18,347 nucleotides of DNA, from contig CAZGJX010000088.1 in the NCBI GenBank assembly GCA_964525635.1, positions 1-18,347 of the forward strand, written 5' to 3'. The position numbers and the translations under genes were made by a program. Below, one piece after another: positions 1 to 8,190 of this stretch. Under the pieces are notes generated by a model. The model was given only the letters and a program-made list of their open reading frames with translations. It was not told where the DNA came from and searched no databases. The first letter of the stretch is position 1, and the number at the start of each line of letters is the position of its first letter. Source of the stretch: an uncultured archaeon (lineage in GTDB: Archaea > Asgardarchaeota > Lokiarchaeia > Sigyniarchaeales > SOKP01).

Positions 1-190
1 ATCGTGAATAACATCATTTGCATTTCGAGATGATTACATGTCATTCTCGAGGCCGCCCGTTGCTGGCCCTCAAGCTGGATGTCCAATAATGTCCAGATTT
101 TTTGCAACGGTAATGTGAATGAAGGTGGGATATAAAGATATCAAAGGAATTCTGGAAATAAATGTAATAGAAGAAAGTTTTGATGATGAA
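1..190 (-). pseudogene. Possible degraded transposase C-terminal fragment (IS4/ISH3-like)
   Basis: More GC-rich than its surroundings. A minus frame reads *YLYIPPSFTLPLQKIWTLLDIQLEGQQRAASRMTCNHLEMQMMLF and stays open to the window edge, loosely like the R-x-x-Y...L-x-N-x-W tail of ISH3/IS4 transposases. It abuts the truncated 5' end of the next gene. Weak call. Confidence 0.2.
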
Positions 191-383
191 ACCTAAAACG
201 TCCGAAGTAATATTATTAGATCTTTTTAAAGAATCTATTATTAATTTTAAGAGATTTAAAGTATCTTTAAATAAACTTGCTCAAATTAAAACATTAAAAT
301 CCGAAATTGTAAAACTTATATATAATAAAGCAAAAGAAATTAATCAAATTAGGAAAGAAAAGAAAGAAGGAGAAAATAAATGA
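180..383 (+). pseudogene. C-terminal fragment of a PIN/DUF3368-like toxin, 5'-truncated
   Basis: KPKTSEVILLDLFKESII resembles the C-terminal helix region of DUF3368 PIN proteins. Its stop overlaps the start region of a UPF0175-like antitoxin, the usual partner. No N-terminal PIN acidic motif is present. Confidence 0.4.
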
Positions 384-667
384 CCAAACAAATGAATTTA
401 AGATTAGATGAAGATTTAATTAAAGAATTTGAGGAACTTGCTGAACAAGAGAATTTAGATCGATCAGCATTAGTAAGAAAAATATCAATTGAAGGTCTAC
501 AGCAAGAGCGTTTAAATTTTGCTCTCCAAAAATACATGATAAAAGAAATATCTATTGAACGTGCAGCAGAAATAGCAAGAATCTCAATACATGATCTTAT
601 TCTTAAGATGTCTCAGCTAAATATTCCCTCAAATTTAACTTTGGAAGATATTAAGAAAATATTATGA
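380..667 (+). CDS. RHH/CopG plus UPF0175-family antitoxin-like protein
   Basis: N-terminal RHH pattern (KQMNLRLDEDLIKEFEELAEQENLDRSALVR) and UPF0175 pattern (YMIKEISIERAAEIARISIHDLI). GAAGGAG SD upstream. Confidence 0.75.
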   Translation: MTKQMNLRLDEDLIKEFEELAEQENLDRSALVRKISIEGLQQERLNFALQKYMIKEISIERAAEIARISIHDLILKMSQLNIPSNLTLEDIKKIL

Positions 668-915
668 AATTATTTCATCTATAATTTAATATAGATCATA
701 AACAAGTATATTCTTTCTACTCTTATTGATAATTAGGAATATTCTTCAGTTTTTCGAATAGTTAACCTTTATATTGTCTGATCCACAACAAACTCAAGTA
801 AGACTTAGAATCCATAATTGTTGCTTCTTTGCGATGTTCAATAGAACTATATATATTTTTTATTATTAGTCGTCTCAAAAATTATTAATTCAAATATAAC
901 CTTAATTAAATTATT

Positions 916-1359
916 ATGAGAATTTATCTTGATGTTTGCTGTTTTAATCGTCCTTTTGATGATCAAACTCAAGAAAAAATCCATCTTGAATCTGAAGCTG
1001 TTTTAATAATTCTTTCGAAGATACAGTCTCAACATTGGGAATTACTGGGAAGTGATATTATCGATTTTGAAATATCCAAAATACCTGATAAAGAACGGAA
1101 AAAAAAGGTGGAAAACTTCACTCAATTGATCTCGAAAAAACAAAGTATAACAAATAAATTAGTCCAAAGAGCAAAAATGATTGAAAAAAAAGGTATAAAG
1201 CCTCTAAACTCGCTTCATATTGCTGCAGCGGAATTAATGAATTCAGATTATATGATTACAACAGATAAAGAAATTATTAAAAAGTATCAAAAATTTATAG
1301 AATTCTTTAAAAAAATTAAAATATGTAGTCCAACATTATTTCTTATGGAGGTTTTATAA
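916..1359 (+). CDS. PIN-domain (VapC-like) ribonuclease toxin
   Basis: IYLDVCCFNRPFDDQ start, K-P-L-[D>N]-S-L-H-I-A-A-A motif and YMITTD motif. Confidence 0.85.
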   Translation: MRIYLDVCCFNRPFDDQTQEKIHLESEAVLIILSKIQSQHWELLGSDIIDFEISKIPDKERKKKVENFTQLISKKQSITNKLVQRAKMIEKKGIKPLNSLHIAAAELMNSDYMITTDKEIIKKYQKFIEFFKKIKICSPTLFLMEVL

Positions 1360-1361
1360 TT

Positions 1362-1562
1362 ATGGAAATGAATCTTAGTGAAATACGAAAAAAAGGAATT
1401 GAAGCGCTAAATAATGCATTAGGTCCCGTTGGAATGGTTCGCTTTCTGCATCAATTCGAATCAGGTATGGGAGATTATACTCAAGAACGAAATCAATGGC
1501 TGAAAGAGTATGATATCGATTCAGTTGTAGGTGAAATTATGAAAAAAAAGGATGAGAATTAA
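1362..1562 (+). CDS. Putative antitoxin partner of the PIN toxin
   Basis: 66 aa, starts 2 bp after the toxin stop with a GGAGG SD. EIRKKGIEAL...LGPVGMVRFL...GDYTQER is the pattern of small proteins paired with this PIN subfamily. Confidence 0.75.
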   Translation: MEMNLSEIRKKGIEALNNALGPVGMVRFLHQFESGMGDYTQERNQWLKEYDIDSVVGEIMKKKDEN

Positions 1563-1749
1563 GCTTTACTTCTCTTCTTAGGATTCCTAAATATTTTTTT
1601 CTACCCGAGATATTATTATAGTCCTCCGTTTTGGTCAATCCCTTAAAATTGGGATTAAAATGTATTCTTATATATAAAGATTGAATTTAATATGTAGCAA
1701 TAATTTTATTTTTTTGATATTTTTTAATATTAATTGGTTCTGATGGGAT

Positions 1750-2157
1750 TTGAAATTTAAAATAGTTATAAAGTCTAAAATAAAGGAATTTAGAGAGGAA
1801 AAAAGGTTAACCCAAAAAGAATTCGCAGATTTAATTGGAGTGTCTCGCCAAACCGTATAATTCCTAGAAAAAGGAGATTATAATCCTTCACTTACCTTAT
1901 CATTCAAGATTGCCGAATTATTAAATAAACCATTGAATCAAATATTTTATTTAGTACCTTTTGTGAAAATTAAATTAGAATCGTTATCCTTGAAAGAATT
2001 GAAAGATATTTCAGAGGAACTTAATATTGATTACAATAAATTAGTCTCCCTAAGTGAAATTGATGAAAATAGCATATCTAAAGAATTTAATAAAGAACTT
2101 TTAAGAAAAATATCAAAAGCACTAAAAATGAATTATGAAGATATTTTTGAGGATTAA
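1750..2157 (+). pseudogene. XRE/Cro-type HTH transcriptional regulator with a premature stop
   Basis: From TTG 1750: MKFKIVIKSKIKEFREEKRLTQKEFADLIGVSRQTV*FLEKGDYNPSLTLSFKIAELLNKPL, continuing in frame into ORF 1933-2157. The in-frame TAA at 1858-1860 lies in the recognition helix. Confidence 0.85.
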
Positions 2158-2509
2158 ACCTTTATGATTATATTTTTCTCCTTCTTATAGATTATCCCAA
2201 ATTCAAAAAGTCTATTGTCAAGATATTTTGCTAAACCCAAATATAAATTTTATCAGAACGTGTGATAAATTGAGGAAAAATATTTATTGATGATATTTAA
2301 ATATCATTTCTATTTTATATGATTGGTATTTTTAATAAGATCCTTAAAACCAGCATCTATAACTTTCTTACTCTCCCGAATATAAATATAAAATAGAGAT
2401 ATAATATTTTTCTAAGTTCTTCTTTATACTTTAAGATAAATTAATGAAATGGTTAATTTTAATAAAGTTTATTAAATAAAAATTAGTAGAAATCTAAGGT
2501 TTCCTAAAA

Positions 2510-2944
2510 TTAGTCCACTTTTCCAATTTCTTTATTTTTTATCTTTTGTTTCATTTTTTTTTTAAATAGATTTAATGCCTTTTGATAAGTCATAATATTT
2601 TCACTAAAGATATTACTATCTCTTATTTTTATTAAATTTCGTACTTCCATCATGACTTTATTTTTAATTTCTTTATGAGATAATTGTCCTTTGTATTCAT
2701 TAAATACTTTTTTTGTTATTTCATCAACAGTTCTAGATGGATTAAATTTATATGCTTTTTTTTCTCTTATTAACTTTTCTGCTTCTTCTTTTGATAATTG
2801 CTCAGGTACTTTTACAATTTTATCCATATAAAATTCAATATCATCTTTTTTTTTTTTAAAATCTTTACCAATCTTTACAATTTTACCCTCTCTAAGAACA
2901 GCTTTTTCCCCAAATATTATAAAAATAAAATCATCTTCTATCAT
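2510..2944 (-). CDS. Hypothetical Lys/Glu-rich protein, candidate immunity protein
   Basis: Intact 144-aa ORF directly downstream of, and co-oriented with, the zincin gene. Function is inferred from position only. Confidence 0.55.
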   Translation of the reverse strand: MIEDDFIFIIFGEKAVLREGKIVKIGKDFKKKKDDIEFYMDKIVKVPEQLSKEEAEKLIREKKAYKFNPSRTVDEITKKVFNEYKGQLSHKEIKNKVMMEVRNLIKIRDSNIFSENIMTYQKALNLFKKKMKQKIKNKEIGKVD

Positions 2945-3022
2945 ATAATAATTTCCTTTTACATTGTATAATATATGTATTATCAGTATTTTATTTATTT
3001 CATATTATAAAAATCTAGAATT

Positions 3023-4246
3023 CTATATTTTTTTAATTAAATATTTTTCTAAAAAGTCATTTAGACCAAATTCTATTAACATCCCATAAGTTGATATTTC
3101 ATCTTCCCCTATATCAATCATTCCACGATCCTTCCTTAATTGATTCGACGCCATACGACTCAGACGTAATTCTCCCGTATAGAATTCTGCAAATGCATCT
3201 GCAAAAAGTTCTTGTTTATTTGTAAACGCCTGAGCATATCCAGTAGTAAGTAAATCAAGCCTTATTGATTGAAATAATAAATACAATTCTTCTATAAAAT
3301 CAATATTATATACAACAAAATATACATAATGTCCCATTTCATGAGCAATTAATGATCCTGTATTTATTGCTTCTGCTCTTAAATCAAGGTTTGTAGCAAT
3401 AACAATCTTGTTCCTTATAGAATCATAATATCCAGATGCTTGATAATATTCATTATAATGAGGATTATCCTCTTTTATTTCTGGATAATCTGTAACTCTA
3501 TCTAATAATAGAATTTCAGGTGAATCTATTCCTCGATATTCTAAAGGTATTATATTATAATCTTTTTTGAGTTCAAGCAGAAAATTTAAATTTTCAATAG
3601 CATCTATACTTCCATCTTGAATATTTAAATTACCAATGTTAAATTTTGGAGATAATTCTAAACTCTCTAATAAAAGCATTCTCGTTATTTTTGACTTAAT
3701 TTCCTTCTCATATAAATCAATCATAGTTATATCTCTATTTCTTCTATATGTCTCATAATCTATTACATCATTTGCTATTTCATTTCCTAGTTTAAGCCAA
3801 AAATCATTATCGGAATCCTCAGTTATCTTTCTAAATATTTTCTCGGTTAATTCTTCCATTCTCCTTACCATAATTTCACCTGCGCTAGGGTTATCACTTG
3901 CACGAGCTTTAATACATGGAATTCTTCCTTGCTCTGCCATATATGTAAAAGCTAATAATTCTGATTTTGACATATCTATAACTTTTCCACGGATTTGATA
4001 TGAGAAAACAGAATTAAAATCAATATTTACATTATTCACTCCTTTTGTTGTATATTTTATCTCCCCAGTTTCACTATCTTGGTCTATGCCTACAATTTCA
4101 TAAATAATATATACTCCATCTTTTTCAAAAACAATTATATCTCCAATTTTATAAGGTTCTCCATTTTCATTTGGAGCATAAGCAACTTTCGCACCATTAT
4201 CTAATTTTCCTGTCATAGAAAATCCAACTACTTTCGCAATTCCCAT
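3023..4246 (-). CDS. S26 signal-peptidase-like domain plus C-terminal HEXXH zinc metallopeptidase; 3' part of a larger disrupted gene
   Basis: aa 1-91: VVGFSM...GDIIVF...IIYEIV...YTTKGVNN..D..V....IRGKV, an S26B/SEC11-like pattern. C-terminus: GYYD...IVI...AHEMGH (3329-3343)...ELFADAFAEFY, a lethal-factor-like zincin pattern. Confidence 0.7.
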   Translation of the reverse strand: MGIAKVVGFSMTGKLDNGAKVAYAPNENGEPYKIGDIIVFEKDGVYIIYEIVGIDQDSETGEIKYTTKGVNNVNIDFNSVFSYQIRGKVIDMSKSELLAFTYMAEQGRIPCIKARASDNPSAGEIMVRRMEELTEKIFRKITEDSDNDFWLKLGNEIANDVIDYETYRRNRDITMIDLYEKEIKSKITRMLLLESLELSPKFNIGNLNIQDGSIDAIENLNFLLELKKDYNIIPLEYRGIDSPEILLLDRVTDYPEIKEDNPHYNEYYQASGYYDSIRNKIVIATNLDLRAEAINTGSLIAHEMGHYVYFVVYNIDFIEELYLLFQSIRLDLLTTGYAQAFTNKQELFADAFAEFYTGELRLSRMASNQLRKDRGMIDIGEDEISTYGMLIEFGLNDFLEKYLIKKI

Positions 4247-4816
4247 TTTTTCAAAATTAATCTAACCTTTTCAACAAGTTCTTGTTTGAATTGAAAATCA
4301 GGATTATACAATTTCTTAGCAAGGTCTCTAAGAGCAAAAAATTTGAACTTGTTAGCTAATTGGCTTCCTAATTTACCAATCTTTGGAAGAATTCCAACAG
4401 TGCTTTTCCTGGTGTTATCAGAATTTTTTCTCTGGTCATTTTCAATATCATTCGCTTTATTATCTAATTCCTTGGGTTTAGCAGACTCATCTTTAAGAGT
4501 ATCCACGTCATTATCTTTATTATTTTGACTATCTATTTTACCAGATCGTTTTGCCATTAATGTTGCTATTTGTTTTGCATAATTTACATTAATACTTTTA
4601 ATATCACTTAATACTCCTGCTCCTATATTGGTTATTCCTGCTAAAATTGAACCAAGGCTTAAACTGCCAAATAATAATGAACCAGTGAGCATTGTAATAC
4701 TCTTGAAAGTATTTGAACCAAATACTTTTCTCCATAGACTTTTTTGTTGCTTGGGTTAGTGTTTCATTTCTATCAATTGCCCTTGCCAATATCTTATCGA
4801 GATATATTGTAACTAA
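4228..4816 (-). pseudogene. Upstream segments of the same gene (hydrophobic Gly-rich segment plus polar linker), split by frameshifts
   Basis: ORFs 4604-4789, 4228-4692 and 3023-4246 join by single-base shifts at two A6 runs (~4740-4745 and 4246-4251), giving ...TLTQATK/SLWRKVFGSNTFKSITMLTGS...VRLILKK/MGIAKV. No convincing start before an in-frame stop at ~4817. Confidence 0.6.
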
Positions 4817-4824
4817 TTAAAAAA

Positions 4825-5091
4825 GTGGTTTTTATGAGACAGACAAGAAAATTAAGGAAAAAAGAAATGAATTTTAAGGGGATTGTACTGTATATTGGAG
4901 TCTCAATTCCCTATATTATCGTAATGATGTATTTGTATGGTATGACCGAACATTATTACCCGGATCCGGTGGAATTTCTTCCCGGACAATATATCCATGT
5001 GGGGATCGGGATAATTTTGTTTGGTACAATTATGTTTATCATTATTTCATCGATATTTACCTATTTTATTATAAAAAAATCGAGAAAATAA
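4825..5091 (+). CDS. Small membrane protein with 2 TM helices
   Basis: Two hydrophobic segments (GIVLYIGVSIPYIIVMMYL and VGIGIILFGTIMFIIISSIFTYFII) flanked by basic termini. The true start may be an internal ATG. Confidence 0.65.
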   Translation: MVFMRQTRKLRKKEMNFKGIVLYIGVSIPYIIVMMYLYGMTEHYYPDPVEFLPGQYIHVGIGIILFGTIMFIIISSIFTYFIIKKSRK

Positions 5092-5132
5092 GGTTATTAT
5101 TTAAAAATATAATGTAAAAAAGGTGATTTCTA

Positions 5133-6815
5133 ATAGATTTCGGGGGGTATGAATATTATGATGCAGATGAGTATACAAATAAGCTCTTTTTAGAAGATAA
5201 AACAGAAGAGTTTTTGGAAGTATTACAGGATATCGGCAAAAATCTTGGAGGTCCATGTTATACAAAAGGTCTTTATGGAAGTGGAAAGTCAGCTCACTTA
5301 TTCAAGTTAAACTAATTACTCTTAGATATAGCACCTGACTATAGGAATACTGCATTTTTCAAGGCACCGGATGATCTACTGAAAAAATTAAAACGAACAG
5401 TACCAGGAGATCTTTATAAAAAATTTAGGATCATTGACAGACTCAGCGAAGTTGAAAATTATGATTTTCTCTGTTTTAATGAAGGATACCTTACCCTCGA
5501 TGCCAAATCGTACTTTGAAAAAAATGCCCAGAATATCATAAAATCGATCGTGAATATACGACACCATAATGTAGTTGCCATTATCAATTCCGATGATCAT
5601 GGAGGAGTTTTAAAGCGATTAAGGATAAAAATTTTTTTCTGGTTCTATAAAACCCATACCCATGGAGAAATTGAAGAAGATAGGACAGATAAATTCGCCC
5701 AAAAATACAAGAATTATCTTACACGACTCTTTAACAAGGATTGGTGTTTATTCCGATTTTCCCATATTGATTTCTTGAAAAGAGGGATAACAGAGGGTAA
5801 GCTATATTTACCACTTAAGAAAATAATTCCCTGGTGGACAGAAGAAATATCAAAATATTTTTCAAACCAAAGTTTTGATGCAGGACTTCGGCAACTAAAC
5901 AGGAAAGCAGAGAGAATGGAACCTATTATCCAGAAATTAGCAACGAATTTAGGTCCAAAACTCACCATTCAGGAAGCAAGGGGATATTTATTTGATCATG
6001 ATAAGGAAGGATACCTCGAATTTCAGGATACTCTTTCTGAAATTGTATCTGTTATTAAATCGAGGTTTAAAACAAACCAATTGAATAAAGAAAAATATAT
6101 CGAAAGAAGTGAAGAGAAATATTTAGAAAGCATAGAACATGATCCAAGGTTTTATCAGACAGTTAATATTCCCCAGATAACAAAAGATACTTCTTTTCCC
6201 GAATTTGTTCAATCCTTTTATAATTTGAATTTATAGGATATCTCTCTATAAGAAAAAATATACCATTCAAGTATCATGTATGATTGGGTTTCTGGGCTCA
6301 GCCAGCGGGAAATTCGAGATAATAATGGAGGATCCTTAACCACTATTAATAAGATCATAAAAAAATACAGGTCAGGAGATAAGTTAGTTAATGATAATTT
6401 GAGGACTTGTTTTGTTTTGGAGCATTTTATAGCAGAAAAGACAAATGGAAAACGATTGGGAGGAAAAAGTGTTCCAGACCTTATGTATCATGAAAATTAT
6501 AAGGAATTAGGTCCAGGGGAAGTTAAACTAATAATACCAGGACATGGAAAAAAATTTGTTAAGTTCTATGTTTATTCCAAGGACCCTAATCATCATTCAC
6601 TAAATCCATCATTTATATATTGCTTAAATAAAAAGGTTAAGAGATTTCCGTTATTCTATTTCTGGCCAAAATGGGGTGATTCACCCATAATGATACCCAT
6701 ATCTCTCTCTAATCATAAATCATCAATCTCTTTCTTGATAGAAATAGGTGATTACGATGAGTATTTACTTAATTTTAAGACCTTTAATAAGTTCACCTTC
6801 TTCTATAGTCCTTGA
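5133..6815 (+). pseudogene. Zot/FtsK-HerA-like P-loop ATPase, HTH and PD-(D/E)XK nuclease fusion, interrupted by three in-frame stops
   Basis: One reading frame throughout. AGGTGA SD (5121-5126) then ATA 5133. Walker A GLYGSGKS (5268-5291), Walker B-like FLCFNEG (~5466-5486), IRHHNVVAIINS...LKRLR, HTH GLSQREI..GSLTTINKIIK, nuclease E..IA...RLGG..VPDL...GEVK. Stops: TAA 5313-15, TAG 6234-36, TAA 6249-51. Includes ORFs 5550-6236 and 6276-6815. Confidence 0.7.
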
Positions 6816-6829
6816 TATATATAACTTAT

Positions 6830-7342
6830 TTATATTAAGAGAATAGGATTATATTCATTATTAAACTTAATAATTACTGAGTTACAATTAGTACATAATC
6901 CATTATACTGAATAATTGGAGTAACTCCTCCTCCAAAAATTCTATGATGATATCGAACATCACCTAAATTTATATATTTTAATTCATGGTCAAACCATAT
7001 TTTTTTACATTTTGAACAAACACATAAAAATCGAAAAAGAGGATCATAATCTTTTTTGAGTAATTCTTCTATATCAAAATTAAAATTATCAAAATGAAAG
7101 GATGTATCAATATATTCAGTAATTTCTTTGATAGAATCTATTGTTCTTATGGGTGCATAAAGATTATAATCTGAATTATATTTATATTTACTAGATTCTA
7201 AATTTGCTTTTGTTTTTGGATGTTCATCTAAACTCAAAACAGGAAGTTTATTAAACCTTTTTTTTAATGTATGGCTAGATAAATCGAACTCATCACCTAA
7301 AAAAATTATGTTTAGATGTTCTTTATCCCATTTATTTTTCAT
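6830..7342 (-). CDS. Hypothetical protein with a C-terminal Cys-based zinc-binding motif
   Basis: Intact 170-aa ORF with CVCSKC...CTNC. Confidence 0.6.
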   Translation of the reverse strand: MKNKWDKEHLNIIFLGDEFDLSSHTLKKRFNKLPVLSLDEHPKTKANLESSKYKYNSDYNLYAPIRTIDSIKEITEYIDTSFHFDNFNFDIEELLKKDYDPLFRFLCVCSKCKKIWFDHELKYINLGDVRYHHRIFGGGVTPIIQYNGLCTNCNSVIIKFNNEYNPILLI

Positions 7343-7433
7343 ATAATTAAAAAATAAATAATCCTACTAATAAATTTACCTTCTTCTACAGCCCTAGATA
7401 ATTTTTATTCCTATTTCTGAAATGTAATAAAAC

Positions 7434-7577
7434 AGGTTGAAACCGCATTCTTATATTAGATAGAACCACAAAGGAAGTGATAGTAGAATGCTTCTACACA
7501 ATAACAAAAAGAATGTTATCGACAACCCTAAACTCTTCGAGTTTAGATTCATTTTTTACTCAATTATGAGTAGAAAA
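7434..7577 (-). ncRNA. Candidate structured RNA or DNA element (three-way junction plus two hairpins)
   Basis: Five stems within 145 nt of intergenic DNA; details in findings. Strand chosen because G-U pairs extend the stems on the minus strand. Confidence 0.3.
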
Positions 7578-7716
7578 TAGAATAATATAGTTATTATATA
7601 TGATTAGAAAGGATCATAATAGTGTTAAAAAATGATCATGTAATGTTAGAAAAACTAGAATTCTTTCTTCTTTATAAATCTCTATTTATTTTATCAATAA
7701 ATAAAATTAAAAATAA

Positions 7717-8190
7717 TTAAGGAGCACAATGAACTTTTAATATATTTATTTTTTTTTTTTTATATTCACTATTTATCGTACTACCTTTTTTAAACCAGAA
7801 AATTATTTTTTTAGCTCCAACAATTTTATTCTTATTAACACTATTTATTGTTAATTGAAATCTTTTATTCCTATTTTTCTTACATTTTATTATATAAAAT
7901 TCGTTATTATTTCTTTCTATTAATTTGAATTCTTTATTATTTGGGAGTGAAAAATTGCATTCTATGTCATAATATTTTGATATCATAAGATAATAAGAAT
8001 CAATTTTTCCTCCTATTTTGAAATATAAAGTACTCTTTGTATCTTGATAACTTATTATTTCAAATCTCTCTAGAACTTTTTCATCTCTTGTATGAACTAT
8101 TTTTTGCTTTTTAATCATTATTATTCTCCATTCATCCTTTATAAAAAAAATGAAAGGACTAATAAAAACAATAATAACATATAAAATCAA
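7717..8190 (-). CDS. Hypothetical membrane-anchored basic protein, probably the 3' part of a decayed gene
   Basis: Hydrophobic N-terminus. The frame extends upstream (RFFIFISCLLIVQLILKKEEIPYL), and another frame up to ~8366 looks protein-like with two TGA codons (8355-57, 8283-85). Confidence 0.5.
   Translation of the reverse strand: MILYVIIVFISPFIFFIKDEWRIIMIKKQKIVHTRDEKVLERFEIISYQDTKSTLYFKIGGKIDSYYLMISKYYDIECNFSLPNNKEFKLIERNNNEFYIIKCKKNRNKRFQLTINSVNKNKIVGAKKIIFWFKKGSTINSEYKKKKINILKVHCAP

Noticed and set aside
18-107. Cluster of short hairpins (TCGAGA/TCTCGA, GGCC/GGCC, CTGGA/TCCAG) as a possible ncRNA
   Set aside because: Stems are short or imperfect and lie at the window edge; a decayed coding fragment explains the GC content equally well.
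349-537. Minus-strand 62-aa ORF
   Set aside because: Antisense shadow of the antitoxin gene with no motifs.
2290-2307. Perfect 18-bp palindrome ATGATATTTAAATATCAT as a possible operator
   Set aside because: Almost all A/T, so plausible by chance in this genome. It is not positioned at an evident promoter.
2160-2500. Protein-like fragments on the minus strand (also at 670-900)
   Set aside because: Many stops and no recognisable family. Probably decayed genes, but not supportable as calls.
4343-4528. Plus-strand hydrophobic 61-aa ORF
   Set aside because: Antisense to the Lys/Asn/Asp-rich linker, which produces spurious hydrophobicity.
5388-5968. Minus-strand ORFs 5388-5600 and 5714-5968
   Set aside because: Antisense shadows of the ATPase frame.
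7434-7530. Type III hammerhead ribozyme or SECIS reading of the structured element
   Set aside because: The topology and a GUC are suggestive, but the core reads GUGUAGA/GGUUUC instead of CUGANGA/GAAAC. The SECIS tandem GA quartet is incomplete and no credible selenoprotein is adjacent.
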